Part shown: positions 9,301 through 19,649 of the stretch, in pieces
Layout: each line of letters begins with the position of its first letter
Numbering within the stretch: the stretch's first letter is position 1
Assembly: GCA_965214095.1 (NCBI GenBank)
Contig: OZ243938.1
Span: forward strand, 544,001 to 608,000
Length of the DNA: 64,000 nucleotides
Direction: 5' to 3'
DNA from: Candidatus Poribacteria bacterium
Lineage (GTDB): Bacteria > Poribacteria > WGA-4E > WGA-3G
Position numbers and translations under genes: made by a program
Notes under the pieces: model-generated
The model's input: the letters and a program-made list of their open reading frames with translations, nothing else
Database searches by the model: none
What the model was told of the DNA's origin: nothing

Positions 9301-10146
9301 TTACATCGCGTCAACAACTGCACGTAGTTGTCGGACACCATCTAACATCTCTTGCGGGTTACCCCAATGTTCAATACTTGCTGCTCCTTCAAAACCATCA
9401 TTGATGAGCGTTCTTAACAGTTGCTCATAACGTAAATCCGTATCTCGGATCGGATCCAGATTTTTCTCACGATTCGGTTTCACATGAACATGTCGCACAA
9501 GTCCCTTTATGTGTGAATACCCATCAGGCAATGGACGTTCACCACAGTGTATTCCGTTATTGACATCCCAGCATGAAGCAAGTGCGGGACTATTGCCAAG
9601 GACATCTATAACTGCCCGTGTCTCCTCGCAGGAACCGGCAAGTGTAGCATCTTCATTTTCAAATGCAAGTATTACGTTTTCGCTTTCTGCAATTGGCACA
9701 ACAGGAGAAAGTTTCTCTGCAATCTGTTCAAGATAATCGTTTATATCCGGTCGGGATGACTCCTTCAACCTGCGATTTGGATTCCAAAACGCAAAACCAC
9801 GAATGATTGGTGTATCAAAGGCGTGTGCCAGTTCAACCATTCGGTCAAAATGTCGTAGGTGTTTTTCATACTCCTGTTGATTGTCTATGGGACATTTTCC
9901 AAAAGGTGAACCGATGCTTGCCACGCTAACACTATACTTACTCAGCACATCCTGGGCGCGTTTAACATCATCATCGTCTATCTCAGTAACATGCTTTCCC
10001 CATACACCTCCACGGATTTCAACAGTTGTAGCACCTGCTTCTTGTCCGAGTTTGATAGCTTCTTCAAAATCATCTCTGGAAACTTCATCTGCGAAAAAAC
10101 ATACATCTATCATTTGAAATTTACTGTGAGTTCTCAAGGAATACAT
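9301..10146 (-). CDS. Sugar phosphate isomerase/epimerase (TIM barrel); start may be 10113
   Basis: ADEVS, IGSPFGK, FENE, WDVNN, HVHVK and SIEH metal ligands. Confidence 0.85.
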   Translation of the reverse strand: MYSLRTHSKFQMIDVCFFADEVSRDDFEEAIKLGQEAGATTVEIRGGVWGKHVTEIDDDDVKRAQDVLSKYSVSVASIGSPFGKCPIDNQQEYEKHLRHFDRMVELAHAFDTPIIRGFAFWNPNRRLKESSRPDINDYLEQIAEKLSPVVPIAESENVILAFENEDATLAGSCEETRAVIDVLGNSPALASCWDVNNGIHCGERPLPDGYSHIKGLVRHVHVKPNREKNLDPIRDTDLRYEQLLRTLINDGFEGAASIEHWGNPQEMLDGVRQLRAVVDAM

Positions 10147-10267
10147 TTAATCAGATTGAGTAATTTGAATGGTAATCCCATCCAGACAAGTCTTCAACGA
10201 GAGAACGTACACTCCTTTATATAATCAATAGAACTTCTAAAATATTGGACATCAAAAATATGAATAC

Positions 10268-10570
10268 CTAAAAGATCCACCATGCAATTATTAGCAGAAC
10301 TGTGCCGACAACCATCAAAAGTGCTTCAGACACCTTAGCAACTAACTGACCAACCTCATCTAGAAATCGTGAAAGCAATTCAAGACCGCCGCAAAAAAAA
10401 CCTAACGATCCAGCAATCATATATAACAAACCTTTATTGTATTCAAGATGATCATGCCAAATAGAATATCCTGTCACGATAAAATATAATCCAATGATTG
10501 GTAAGCAAACAACATCTATCCACTTTACCCATTTTGCATTCTTATAGTAGTGATAAATCTTTGTAAACAC
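10268..10570 (-). CDS. Small membrane protein (3 TM)
   Basis: Three hydrophobic segments and a GGGAG RBS upstream. Confidence 0.6.
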   Translation of the reverse strand: MFTKIYHYYKNAKWVKWIDVVCLPIIGLYFIVTGYSIWHDHLEYNKGLLYMIAGSLGFFCGGLELLSRFLDEVGQLVAKVSEALLMVVGTVLLIIAWWIF

Positions 10571-10594
10571 AATTATAAGCTCCCATTATTCAGA

Positions 10595-10726
10595 CTAGTA
10601 GAATGTCCATTCTTATATTGTAGGTCGGGTAGAGGGACGACACCCGACTTTATTGATGATAAATGGCTGCATGTCGGGTTTCGTGCCTCTACCCGACCTA
10701 CAAGATTTGTGTAGACAAACCACTAG
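10595..10726. mobile_element. CTAG-ended MITE-like element containing a REPIN
   Basis: Ends CTAGTAGAATGTC / GACAAACCACTAG. Inverted REP pair GTAGGTCGGGTAGAG...CTCTACCCGACCTAC at 10620-10701. Confidence 0.6.
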
Positions 10727-12405
10727 AAAGAATTAGAAAGAAGAAAAGGCACTAATTTTAGTAGCTCTTCAAGCGGTGACTCTTTATCTGATACCATAAC
10801 CTCTAACATAACCGTATTTTCCTTAACATTGATCCACGCAAGCAGAGGAGAAATTTCAGTGTCTATTTCATCTTCGTTTATTGTGATTTCACCTTCACTG
10901 ACCAATTCTAAAACCTTCAGAACATTAAGTTTCGCGAATGCAAGTGGCTTTTTTGGAACCTGTTTCATATACGACAATTTGTTCTTCTTCTCTAATCCAT
11001 CAATCATTGAAAACATCTGATCATCAGAAAAGCTTATTAGTGAAAGTCCATCCTTTTCAGCATAATATAAATTTGTGGCAATTATAGAGATATCGGTATC
11101 TTTATGATCAATCTTTGATACTGACGTATTGTGTAAGTTTGAAAGACTATTCTTAATCTGTTCCCATTTATCCGTATTTGATGAATTGAAGATAATGCCA
11201 CCACTCGTCCGAACATGACCAGCATCAATCTGAAAACTACCAAATATTTCAAGATGAAGATTCTCAATGGAATTCGGATCAAACAGGGAGAGATTATTAA
11301 CAGACAATGCAATTTCTCCAGTCAAACCAGCAACAACATCCTCATCAAAATTGAGATTCAATATCCCTTCCAAAAAGGTGATGAATCCAAAGGCATCATC
11401 CGTATCACTATTTTCTAATTCTTCGTTGATAAGTTCCCAGACCGTATTCAATATCCCAGGGGCAATAGATACAAATAGATCTTCATCACCAGATATACTC
11501 TTTAATGTTGATAGTTCTTTACCTTCTTCCAAGAAACGACTAATATAACTTTCAGACCTTTCTGGATCAATTTTCGTTTGCAATTGAAGTATAGGACCTT
11601 TTTCTAATAAATTCAGGACAGCACTAACATTGGTAATAACTTCAACTTGTACTCGTGTTTCTTCATCTATATCTTCTAAATAAGGTAGGACATGACCAAA
11701 ATCAAGATAAATGTTCACTTGACCAGTTCCCATTGTTTTAGAGGTTTGAACAAAAGATTCGTTCCGTTTAATAGAATCTGATTTTTTACGATAAGTGTCA
11801 ATCAATTGTTCAAAACTATTCTGTTGAATCCCTACTACGAGAAAATCTCCGACAAATCCATAAGCCAAAAGGAAGTCAGGCATTTGGAGTGTGTCGTATT
11901 TTACTTTCCTATGTTCACCCGCATCAAGTGTTAAAATGCCTTCTGACATCCCAATAAAACCAGTTACGATTTTTGTAAATCTTTTAAGTTCTGCCAAATT
12001 CCCGCCTGAATGCACTACTATGCCACCTTGTTGGTTTCCTGTTTCATCCAACCACATCGCACCGCCAATCTGGTAACCAACTGCTTCAATGACGGTGTAA
12101 AGATCTGTTCCAATGATGGTTTGTACTAACATCAGACTGGTCTGTATCCTTTTCCTTAGGTCTTCATCTATGAGCGGTTCAAGATCTTTTTTCCAAGTCT
12201 CTGACATTTTAATTTCGTTATATATTTCATCTAAATCATTTATTTGTAAATATGCTACACTCTCTTTAGGTATAAAATCTGTTACTTTGGCAGCATGGGA
12301 TAATATTGGAAAAGATAATAATAGGGTGCAGATAATAACTTTAAATATGTCAAACCAAGGGGATATTGATATAATGTCATCTCTAAAAATGATTTTGGAT
12401 TTCAT
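10723..12405 (-). CDS. Exported hypothetical protein (DUF3352-like)
   Basis: 560-aa ORF with a signal-like N-terminus. LTGEIAL and repeated beta/alpha pattern. Confidence 0.6.
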   Translation of the reverse strand: MKSKIIFRDDIISISPWFDIFKVIICTLLLSFPILSHAAKVTDFIPKESVAYLQINDLDEIYNEIKMSETWKKDLEPLIDEDLRKRIQTSLMLVQTIIGTDLYTVIEAVGYQIGGAMWLDETGNQQGGIVVHSGGNLAELKRFTKIVTGFIGMSEGILTLDAGEHRKVKYDTLQMPDFLLAYGFVGDFLVVGIQQNSFEQLIDTYRKKSDSIKRNESFVQTSKTMGTGQVNIYLDFGHVLPYLEDIDEETRVQVEVITNVSAVLNLLEKGPILQLQTKIDPERSESYISRFLEEGKELSTLKSISGDEDLFVSIAPGILNTVWELINEELENSDTDDAFGFITFLEGILNLNFDEDVVAGLTGEIALSVNNLSLFDPNSIENLHLEIFGSFQIDAGHVRTSGGIIFNSSNTDKWEQIKNSLSNLHNTSVSKIDHKDTDISIIATNLYYAEKDGLSLISFSDDQMFSMIDGLEKKNKLSYMKQVPKKPLAFAKLNVLKVLELVSEGEITINEDEIDTEISPLLAWINVKENTVMLEVMVSDKESPLEELLKLVPFLLSNSF

Positions 12406-12420
12406 TTGAAAATCTCCATT

Positions 12421-14112
12421 TTATGGCACCCGAATTTCTTCTACCATTGCTTGCACCTCTTCGGGTGGGGATGGGGTATAAGCCGATACTACGGATGCAA
12501 CTATGAAATTTAATATCATACCAATTGTGCCGATTCCTTCAGGGGATATTCCCCACAACCAGAATTCTGGCGTGTCAAGATCTTTATTGATCAATTTGAA
12601 GAAGATAATATATGCTGCTGTGAATGTAATACCAACTATCATACCTGCTACCGCACCGTTCTTGTTCATCCGTTTAGTGAAAATACCCATAACGATTGCG
12701 GGGAAAAATGAACTTGCAGCGAGACCGAAAGCAAATGCAACGACTTCGCCGACAAATCCTGGTGGATTGATACCTAAATATCCAGCTATACACACCGCAA
12801 CACCTGCAGCAATACGTGCAGCTGCCAATTCCTGTTTTTCTGTGAGATGTGGGGCAATACAACCTTTAAGCAAATCGTGGGCAATTGCTGTTGAAATTAC
12901 CAAAAGTAATCCCGCTGCTGTTGACAACGCTGCTGCTAAACCGCCAGCAGCGACTAAACCTATGATCCAATTCGGAAGTTTGGCAATTTCTGGATTTGCC
13001 AACACCATGATGTCTTTATTGATCTCAAGTTCATTTTGAGTTTCGGATTCTTTTCCACGGTATTGAATCTTACCATCATTGTTTATGTCATCAAATTTAA
13101 TTAACTCTGTTTTTTCCCAATTTTTGAACCATTCAGGGACATCCTCATATCTAATATCTTGTAATTCACCATTCTGTTCATAGGTTACCGTTTCAAGTAG
13201 GTTTGTTCTTGCGAAAATTGCAACTGCCGGGGCAGTTGTGTAGAGTAATGCGATGAATAGCAACGCCCATCCAGCTGATGCCCGTGCTTCGGAGGCTTTG
13301 CGCACTGTGTAGAAACGGATAATTACATGCGGAAGTCCTGCCGTCCCTAACATCAAGGCTGCAGTAAAGCAAATGACATCAATTTTGGATTTACTTCCAT
13401 CTGTGTATCGGTCAAAACCGAGTGCTGTGTTTAATTCATTCAGTCGATCTAACAGATTGACACCTGAGGCATCTACTGCACCCATGCCCAACTGAGGAAT
13501 AGGATTATTGGTAATTAGGATAGAGATAAAAATCGCAGGAACCATATACGCAAAAATTAGGACACAATATTGTGCAACCTGTGTATATGTAATTCCCTTC
13601 ATCCCTCCGAGTACAGCATAGAAAAACACAATTCCTATGCCTATGATGACACCAAGCGTAGCATTGACATTTAGGAAACGCGAAAGTACTATACCCACAC
13701 CTTGCATCTGACCAGAAACATAAGTAAATGAAACAAAAACAGCACAAATAACTGCTACTATCCTTGCCGACTGTGAATAATATCTATCTCCAACAAAATC
13801 TGGAACTGTATACTTACCGAATTTTCTTAGGTAGGGTGCCAAGAGTAATGCCAGCAGGACATAACCACCTGTCCATCCGAGTAGATAGACTGAACCATCA
13901 CGTCCCATAAATGAGACTAGGCCTGCCATCGAGATAAAGGAAGCAGCACTCATCCAATCTGCCGCAGTTGCCATCCCGTTTACTATCGGATGAACATTGC
14001 TACCTGCGACATAGAAGTCACCTGTAGAACGTGCTTTTGACCAAATCGCAACCCCGATATACAATGCGAAGGAGAGACCAACCATGACGAAAGTCCAGGC
14101 TTGTACATTCAT
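12421..14112 (-). CDS. Sodium:solute symporter, ActP-like (cation/acetate)
   Basis: NGMATAADWMSAASF, GTAGLPH and AAALSTAAGLL motifs; many TM helices. Confidence 0.92.
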   Translation of the reverse strand: MNVQAWTFVMVGLSFALYIGVAIWSKARSTGDFYVAGSNVHPIVNGMATAADWMSAASFISMAGLVSFMGRDGSVYLLGWTGGYVLLALLLAPYLRKFGKYTVPDFVGDRYYSQSARIVAVICAVFVSFTYVSGQMQGVGIVLSRFLNVNATLGVIIGIGIVFFYAVLGGMKGITYTQVAQYCVLIFAYMVPAIFISILITNNPIPQLGMGAVDASGVNLLDRLNELNTALGFDRYTDGSKSKIDVICFTAALMLGTAGLPHVIIRFYTVRKASEARASAGWALLFIALLYTTAPAVAIFARTNLLETVTYEQNGELQDIRYEDVPEWFKNWEKTELIKFDDINNDGKIQYRGKESETQNELEINKDIMVLANPEIAKLPNWIIGLVAAGGLAAALSTAAGLLLVISTAIAHDLLKGCIAPHLTEKQELAAARIAAGVAVCIAGYLGINPPGFVGEVVAFAFGLAASSFFPAIVMGIFTKRMNKNGAVAGMIVGITFTAAYIIFFKLINKDLDTPEFWLWGISPEGIGTIGMILNFIVASVVSAYTPSPPEEVQAMVEEIRVP

Positions 14113-14450
14113 ACTTTATCAGAGTCCTCCACATTTTCCTGCTCCTTTCGGTATTTTTTATCTAAACGGTTCATCAACCATGTATAGACAAAAATCAACT
14201 CAACAAAAATCCAGATTGAACCTTGTTGTGCAATATAGAAACCAAGACGGAAACCACCGATTTGTATCTTGTCAAGTTGTTCCACAAACACAATTGAGCA
14301 TAGAAAGGAGGTGACAAACCAAATACCAAGAAGGATAGCGAGGTATTGCAGATTTTTCCGCCAATATGAACGTTGATTTTCTGACACTGCCAAAAGAGTA
14401 GCCTCCTCGGTTGTAATGGGTGGGATTATGTGACTTTCAGATTCCTCCAT
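14109..14450 (-). CDS. DUF4212 small membrane partner of SSS transporter
   Basis: YWRKNL and GFRLGFYIAQQGSI motifs. ATGA overlap with the symporter. Confidence 0.88.
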   Translation of the reverse strand: MEESESHIIPPITTEEATLLAVSENQRSYWRKNLQYLAILLGIWFVTSFLCSIVFVEQLDKIQIGGFRLGFYIAQQGSIWIFVELIFVYTWLMNRLDKKYRKEQENVEDSDKV

Positions 14451-14483
14451 ATTGTTGTATCATATCAGAATAACCTAATTCTG

Positions 14484-15071
14484 TCAATAGTTTTCTGGGA
14501 ACATTATCCGCTCAACTTGCTCAATGAGAATATGTAAGACCTTTATATGTATTTCTTGTATGCGATCAGCAGTTTTACCGGGGGCTATGAGACAACTGTC
14601 ACAGTGCTCCGATAGTTGTCCACCATCCTTTCCGAGTAAACCGAACACGTGCATCTCTTTTGATTGTGCTGCTTTTGCTGCTCGGACAACATTCTCGGAA
14701 TTTCCGCTTGTAGAAATCGCAATTAGCAGGTCTCCCGGTTGACCGAGTGCCAGTAGCGGTCTTGCAAATATCTCAGCAAACCCGTAATCGTTTGCTGTAC
14801 AAGTGATGTGACCAGCATCACTGAGTGCAATTGCGGGAAGTGGATCCCGATCTTCACGAAATTTACCGGTACATTCCTCTGCAAAGTGGACTGCATCGCA
14901 TAAACTGCCACCATTTCCACAAGTAAAGACTTTCCCTTGTTTTTCAAATACGGTGGTTATCAAGGATGCAGTATCAGCTATGACTCTGATATTGGCTGGA
15001 TTGTTGATAAATTGATTTAATGTGTCTTGCGCATCCAATAGTGAACTTTGAATGCTTTGCAAGATGTCCAT
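14484..15071 (-). CDS. gmhA: Phosphoheptose isomerase
   Basis: CGNGGS, ANDYG, STSGNS and RIQEIH motifs. ATG at 15071 follows an AGGAG RBS. Confidence 0.93.
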   Translation of the reverse strand: MDILQSIQSSLLDAQDTLNQFINNPANIRVIADTASLITTVFEKQGKVFTCGNGGSLCDAVHFAEECTGKFREDRDPLPAIALSDAGHITCTANDYGFAEIFARPLLALGQPGDLLIAISTSGNSENVVRAAKAAQSKEMHVFGLLGKDGGQLSEHCDSCLIAPGKTADRIQEIHIKVLHILIEQVERIMFPENY

Positions 15072-15099
15072 TTTTTTACTCCTACTGTTAAGATTTTCA

Positions 15100-16926
15100 T
15101 TATATCCTAAATATCTCTCCCAACTTACCACCAAGCACACGACCCGCACCCATCAGACATGCAATTAATATCAACATCCCAACAACACCAAGCGCACTTG
15201 CAATGTATGGACCTTCACCGAGACGTTGAGACAATGACCAAATTGCTTTAGTTATTGGATAAAACTGGTTTTGTTGTGCCAAAATCAGACTCTCACTCAC
15301 TTCCAACATGGAAAAAGAAAAAACCAAAATTGCACCAGCAAGAATATTGGCAAAAACTAATGGTAACGTAATTTTGTATAAGGTTCTAACGGGTGTTGCT
15401 CCCATGTTCTGCGATGCTTCTTCGTATGATACACTCGTCTGTTGGAATCCTGCATAGATAGAACGTAACATATATGGCAATCGCCGAACTGCATAGCCAA
15501 CGATCAAGAGAAACGTTGGGTTTTTTCTTGGGTCAATGATTCCTATGATCCCATCTGGCAGAAATTTTAACAGAAGTGAAGTATCTGAGAAACTCCCCAT
15601 ATATCCGAAAGCAATTGCAACACCAGGCAACGCTAAAGGTAACATGGCAATCGCATCTAACAAGTTCTGAAATGGAATACGTTTTCGCGTCAGTAGATAG
15701 GCTATGGCAACGCCTACAAGGAGCGCAATCAATGTGCTGAAAATACTATATTTCAGACTATTAAGAATACTCGGTAGTGTGTCAGAATGCGTAAATGTAT
15801 CAATATAATGTTCAAAGGTATAGGATTTGGGTAGAACCGTCTGATACCATTCACTTGGTCCAGGAGTAACAGAAACTAATATGACACTGATATGTGGTAA
15901 CAACGCCATGAATGTCAATCCACCAATAAATAGATATATGATTGCTCGCATCCAATTGTTCGCATCTGTCTCACGTGTTGTTACATGTCCGCGTCCAAGC
16001 ATCTCATAATGTTTTGTTCCTGTCCATCGTTTAGATACGTAGAATGCCATAGCGGTCAACACAATTACAAGCACAACAAGTGCATACCCCATCGGATTCA
16101 GGTTAGCTTCGGTCACAAGTCTGAATATCTCAACTGCGATAACATCATTGTAATTAAAAATTAAAGGTGTACCGAGATCTGTAAATGCCCAAATAAAAAC
16201 GAGAATCGCACCCGCAAAATATCCTGGCATCATTAAGGGTAAGGTTATTCGTCTGAATATATTAAACCGTGAAGCACCAAGATTTTCTGCAGCTTCCTCC
16301 AAACTTGGATCAACATTCGCCAATGCCGCAACAATGTTGAGATACATTATTGGATATAAATGCAATGTGGATAATAATACAACACCCCAAAAACCACCTG
16401 CGAACCAGTCTATCGTATTACTCATATCCATTAAACCGAGTTTCACAAGCAACATGTTTATACTACCATATTTACCGAAAAACTGTTGCATGCCAAGTGC
16501 ACCAACAAATGGAGGCATAATCATCGGGATGAGAATGACAGAACGCAGCAGATTCCGACCCGGAAAACGGAAGCGAGTCAGGAAGTATGCCAACGGAAGA
16601 CTAAAGATGCTTGTCAGCAGTGTAACCATGACACCGATTTTAAAACTATTGACAACAAGTTGCCGTTTATTTGGGTCAGTTACCATCAGTTTGAAAAATG
16701 TAAGGTCAAACCTACTGTTAATCCAGAAGGCTTCTTTAAATACATAAAGGAGGGGATAGATGAGGAATATTAGAAAAAATAGAGTGGTGAATCCAAGGAT
16801 GAGTATAATTGGTGGAGTTAAATCATATTTTCGCTTTATTCTATCTATAAAGGAAAGATTATTCGGTGAATAATCATTATCCGGTTGAGGCTCAAGCATC
16901 TGTTTCTCCATAATGAAAATGGACAA
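15100..16926 (-). CDS. Fe3+/thiamine-type ABC transporter permease (two domains)
   Basis: Two EAA loops (EEAAENLGA, EEASQNMGA). Confidence 0.9.
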   Translation of the reverse strand: MSIFIMEKQMLEPQPDNDYSPNNLSFIDRIKRKYDLTPPIILILGFTTLFFLIFLIYPLLYVFKEAFWINSRFDLTFFKLMVTDPNKRQLVVNSFKIGVMVTLLTSIFSLPLAYFLTRFRFPGRNLLRSVILIPMIMPPFVGALGMQQFFGKYGSINMLLVKLGLMDMSNTIDWFAGGFWGVVLLSTLHLYPIMYLNIVAALANVDPSLEEAAENLGASRFNIFRRITLPLMMPGYFAGAILVFIWAFTDLGTPLIFNYNDVIAVEIFRLVTEANLNPMGYALVVLVIVLTAMAFYVSKRWTGTKHYEMLGRGHVTTRETDANNWMRAIIYLFIGGLTFMALLPHISVILVSVTPGPSEWYQTVLPKSYTFEHYIDTFTHSDTLPSILNSLKYSIFSTLIALLVGVAIAYLLTRKRIPFQNLLDAIAMLPLALPGVAIAFGYMGSFSDTSLLLKFLPDGIIGIIDPRKNPTFLLIVGYAVRRLPYMLRSIYAGFQQTSVSYEEASQNMGATPVRTLYKITLPLVFANILAGAILVFSFSMLEVSESLILAQQNQFYPITKAIWSLSQRLGEGPYIASALGVVGMLILIACLMGAGRVLGGKLGEIFRI

Positions 16927-17102
16927 TAAGCAATTTTACTGCTTTGTAATTATACCTTGAATTCCGTTGAATTGCACCAAATTTTTCAAGACCTACAAAT
17001 CTCAATATTTAACCGACATTTCTATCGTAATATTCATTGTCGCAACAGCACATGTTGAATGAAAATTAAGTTCTTAATTGGGTAATTCTCATTTTCTCAA
17101 AC

Positions 17103-17268
17103 CCGGTAGGTTCGGTTTCCTAACCAAACCCTATGTGTCAAGTTATGAGAAATTACGCAATAATCCCTGGCCGGTAGGTTCGGTTTCCTAACCAAACCAT
17201 AGGTGTCAAGTTATGAGAAATTACGCAATAATCCCTGGCCGGTAGGTTCGGTTTCCTAACCGAACCGG
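17103..17268. repeat. Tandem 68-bp repeat (about 2.4 copies), each with a GTAG REP
   Basis: CCGGTAGGTTCGGTTTCCTAACC at 17103, 17171 and 17239 with nearly identical intervening sequence. Confidence 0.9.
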
Positions 17269-17828
17269 ACATCTCAAGGAAATTACTCGGTCAGATGTCT
17301 CAAATTTGACACATAGGTGTTTCTTAATATCACCCAAGAATATAAACATCTGCAATTACCTAAATACAATGTCTCCGTAAAGTATAGATACCTCTACTAC
17401 CTTTCTGATTCTGGAGTAGTCAATATGTACTAAATCGGTGTTTCTAGAAATGGCATCATTATTGCATATCAGATAAATAAGAATACAAGATTTGAAACGA
17501 ATAAAGAGAAAATTCGTTATGTAATGCAACACTTTTGCAACAATTTTATGAAACAGATTCAAGTTTAAAAGTCGTAAGGGTGTTATTGTTGGAACGTTCC
17601 TTTGAGGTCTTATCTGCAAAATATATGGTGAATATCTGTATATATGCTGAAATACCACAAAGTTGTTGATTGATTAGTATTTATCTACTTTGTGCATCTC
17701 TATTGAAATACGCAAGTTATAAATAAACAGAATTCAGATGGAAAATTGCAAACCAGTGTACATATTCAATTTGTAAATGACTTATATTGAGTAACAAGAC
17801 AAATAGAGGTTTGCAGGAGGAATTGTAA

Positions 17829-17966
17829 ATGTTTAACGTAATTGTCCTAGGGGGTATTGGCTCCTTAGTTGGTGTTGGTGCGGGATACCTTGTACTGAAT
17901 GCCTTTTTTGCTGGAGTTGAACATATTGCCAAACCTAACATTGAATCATTGAAACCAAAAAAGTAA
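17829..17966 (+). CDS. 45-aa single-TM small protein (below ORF-track cutoff)
   Basis: AGGAGG RBS upstream. Sequence MFNVIVLGGIGSLVGVGAGYLVLNAFFAGVEHIAKPNIESLKPKK. Confidence 0.65.
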   Translation: MFNVIVLGGIGSLVGVGAGYLVLNAFFAGVEHIAKPNIESLKPKK

Positions 17967-17977
17967 TACAAAAGTTT

Positions 17978-18006
17978 TTGACATCTGCCAAAAGTGCAGC
18001 TAGTAT
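17978..18006 (+). promoter_or_regulatory. Sigma70-like promoter upstream of nfi
   Basis: TTGACA-17 nt-TAGTAT. Confidence 0.55.
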
Positions 18007-18057
18007 GTTTTATATTGGACTCATCAATGCATCAATCAGAAAAGATACACATTCAGT

Positions 18058-18786
18058 GTGAATGTTACCCACATAATGGAATATAGAGAACTACACACTT
18101 GGAATGTTACAACTGATGAAGCACGACAAATTCAAAATGAGTTATGTCATCAGATAGTCCAGATAAACCGGTTTGATGAAATCAGGACAGTCGCTGGTGT
18201 GGATATCGGCATCAGAAACGAGATCGCAACAGCATCAGTGGTCGTCCTCAACCTACCTGATCTACAAGTTGTAGATGGAGTAGTTGCTGAAAGTCGTATA
18301 GATTTCCCGTATATACCGGGATATTTATCTTTTCGCGAAATACCACCACTTCTGGTGGCTTTCGCGCGCCTACAGACAGAACCGGATTTAGTTATCGTAG
18401 ATGGTCAAGGAATCGCACATCCAAGAAGATTTGGACTTGCATCCCACTTAGGACTGATATTAGATAAGCCTACGATTGGATGTGCTAAATCTCGTTTGTG
18501 CGGACAATATACTGAACCTGATAAAGAAAAAGGATCATGGTCCTACCTTTTAGATAATGGCGATGTCCTTGGAATCGCATTAAGAACGCGGACAAATGTC
18601 AGTTGTGTCTATGCATCTGTCGGTCATCTAATTTCACTGGAAACAGCACGAGAGATAACCTTGACGTGCTGCCCAAAATACCGCTTACCCGAAACGACTC
18701 GGCTTGCACATCAAGCTGCAACTGGTACAATCCCCGATGGTGTCACATTTGTTGAATTGGATAGTAAACCCATCATAAAACACTAG
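18058..18786 (+). CDS. nfi: Endonuclease V (start may be 18076)
   Basis: AGVD, FPYIPGYLSFRE, DGQGIAHPRRFGLASH and GCAKS motifs. Confidence 0.95.
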   Translation: MNVTHIMEYRELHTWNVTTDEARQIQNELCHQIVQINRFDEIRTVAGVDIGIRNEIATASVVVLNLPDLQVVDGVVAESRIDFPYIPGYLSFREIPPLLVAFARLQTEPDLVIVDGQGIAHPRRFGLASHLGLILDKPTIGCAKSRLCGQYTEPDKEKGSWSYLLDNGDVLGIALRTRTNVSCVYASVGHLISLETAREITLTCCPKYRLPETTRLAHQAATGTIPDGVTFVELDSKPIIKH

Positions 18787-18851
18787 ACTCACAGTAATAA
18801 TAAACATCATAAACTAACCACCATTCACTCTTTCCTAACAGACATAATAAA

Positions 18852-19649
18852 ATGAACGATAGGATACAACCCCTACATTGGTCGTTTAACTACAATCATG
18901 GTGCACAGAAACCCTATTATGCCGAGGAATTCCTCAAACTTCTTCATGAACTCCAGATAAATACACAAAATGATGACTATAGCGATGAACACCCAGAATA
19001 TATAAAACAAGTTTATGAGATCTTACCGAATTTCTGGAACGGATATTGTAGAACAAGTGAAGCATTAGCGATAGGAAATGTTGTTATAGAACGGAAACAT
19101 GAGAACAGTCATAATTGGTATTATAATGTTCACTACCAAAATACTTCAAGTGGAGAGAATATAAGATTCAATTTCCGTTGTCGTGATGATGCTTACCGTT
19201 CGCTTCTCGGCAGCTGGCAAGTTGATGTACAGAATAAGTCTGGAGATAGATATTCCAAAATTGAATTGAATGGAAATCTCATTTCTGATACCGAAATTCA
19301 ACTATACATCAATGATATTCAAATTGCTGCAGGAACTGTAGATAATTCCTCACCACTAACATGTAATTGGGCTTTGTACGATGTTATACCATCAATACTA
19401 AGTGACAACAGACAATTAGGTTTTTCTGTTGAGATCGCATTGCTTGATGACCTTGAACATCTTAGACAAAAATGCAATCTTGGTTTTCTCAATTCAATAC
19501 AAGAACCGTTACCGCTTGATGGATATTTCCTTTATGGAGAGGGACTCTTACCATCATATTGGTGGATAGATGCTAACCAAACCGTAGTTATCGTATCTAC
19601 TGTCTTTGAGACTTTGGTGTTAAAAGAGATTACAGGAGGTGTATCATGA
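18852..19649 (+). CDS. Hypothetical protein
   Basis: 265-aa ORF translationally coupled (ATGA) to the sulfatase. Confidence 0.7.
   Translation: MNDRIQPLHWSFNYNHGAQKPYYAEEFLKLLHELQINTQNDDYSDEHPEYIKQVYEILPNFWNGYCRTSEALAIGNVVIERKHENSHNWYYNVHYQNTSSGENIRFNFRCRDDAYRSLLGSWQVDVQNKSGDRYSKIELNGNLISDTEIQLYINDIQIAAGTVDNSSPLTCNWALYDVIPSILSDNRQLGFSVEIALLDDLEHLRQKCNLGFLNSIQEPLPLDGYFLYGEGLLPSYWWIDANQTVVIVSTVFETLVLKEITGGVS

Noticed and set aside
12503-13039. Long antisense ORFs (also 61705-62331, 38266-38700, 16334-16747 and others)
   Set aside because: They are shadows of well-supported genes on the opposite strand.
17103-17268. CRISPR-like repeat-spacer pattern
   Set aside because: The spacers are near-identical to each other, the repeat is a dispersed REP, and no cas genes are present.
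17356-17971. Minus-strand ORFs of 100 and 84 aa
   Set aside because: No RBS and non-protein-like composition; the second is antisense to the better-supported 45-aa gene.
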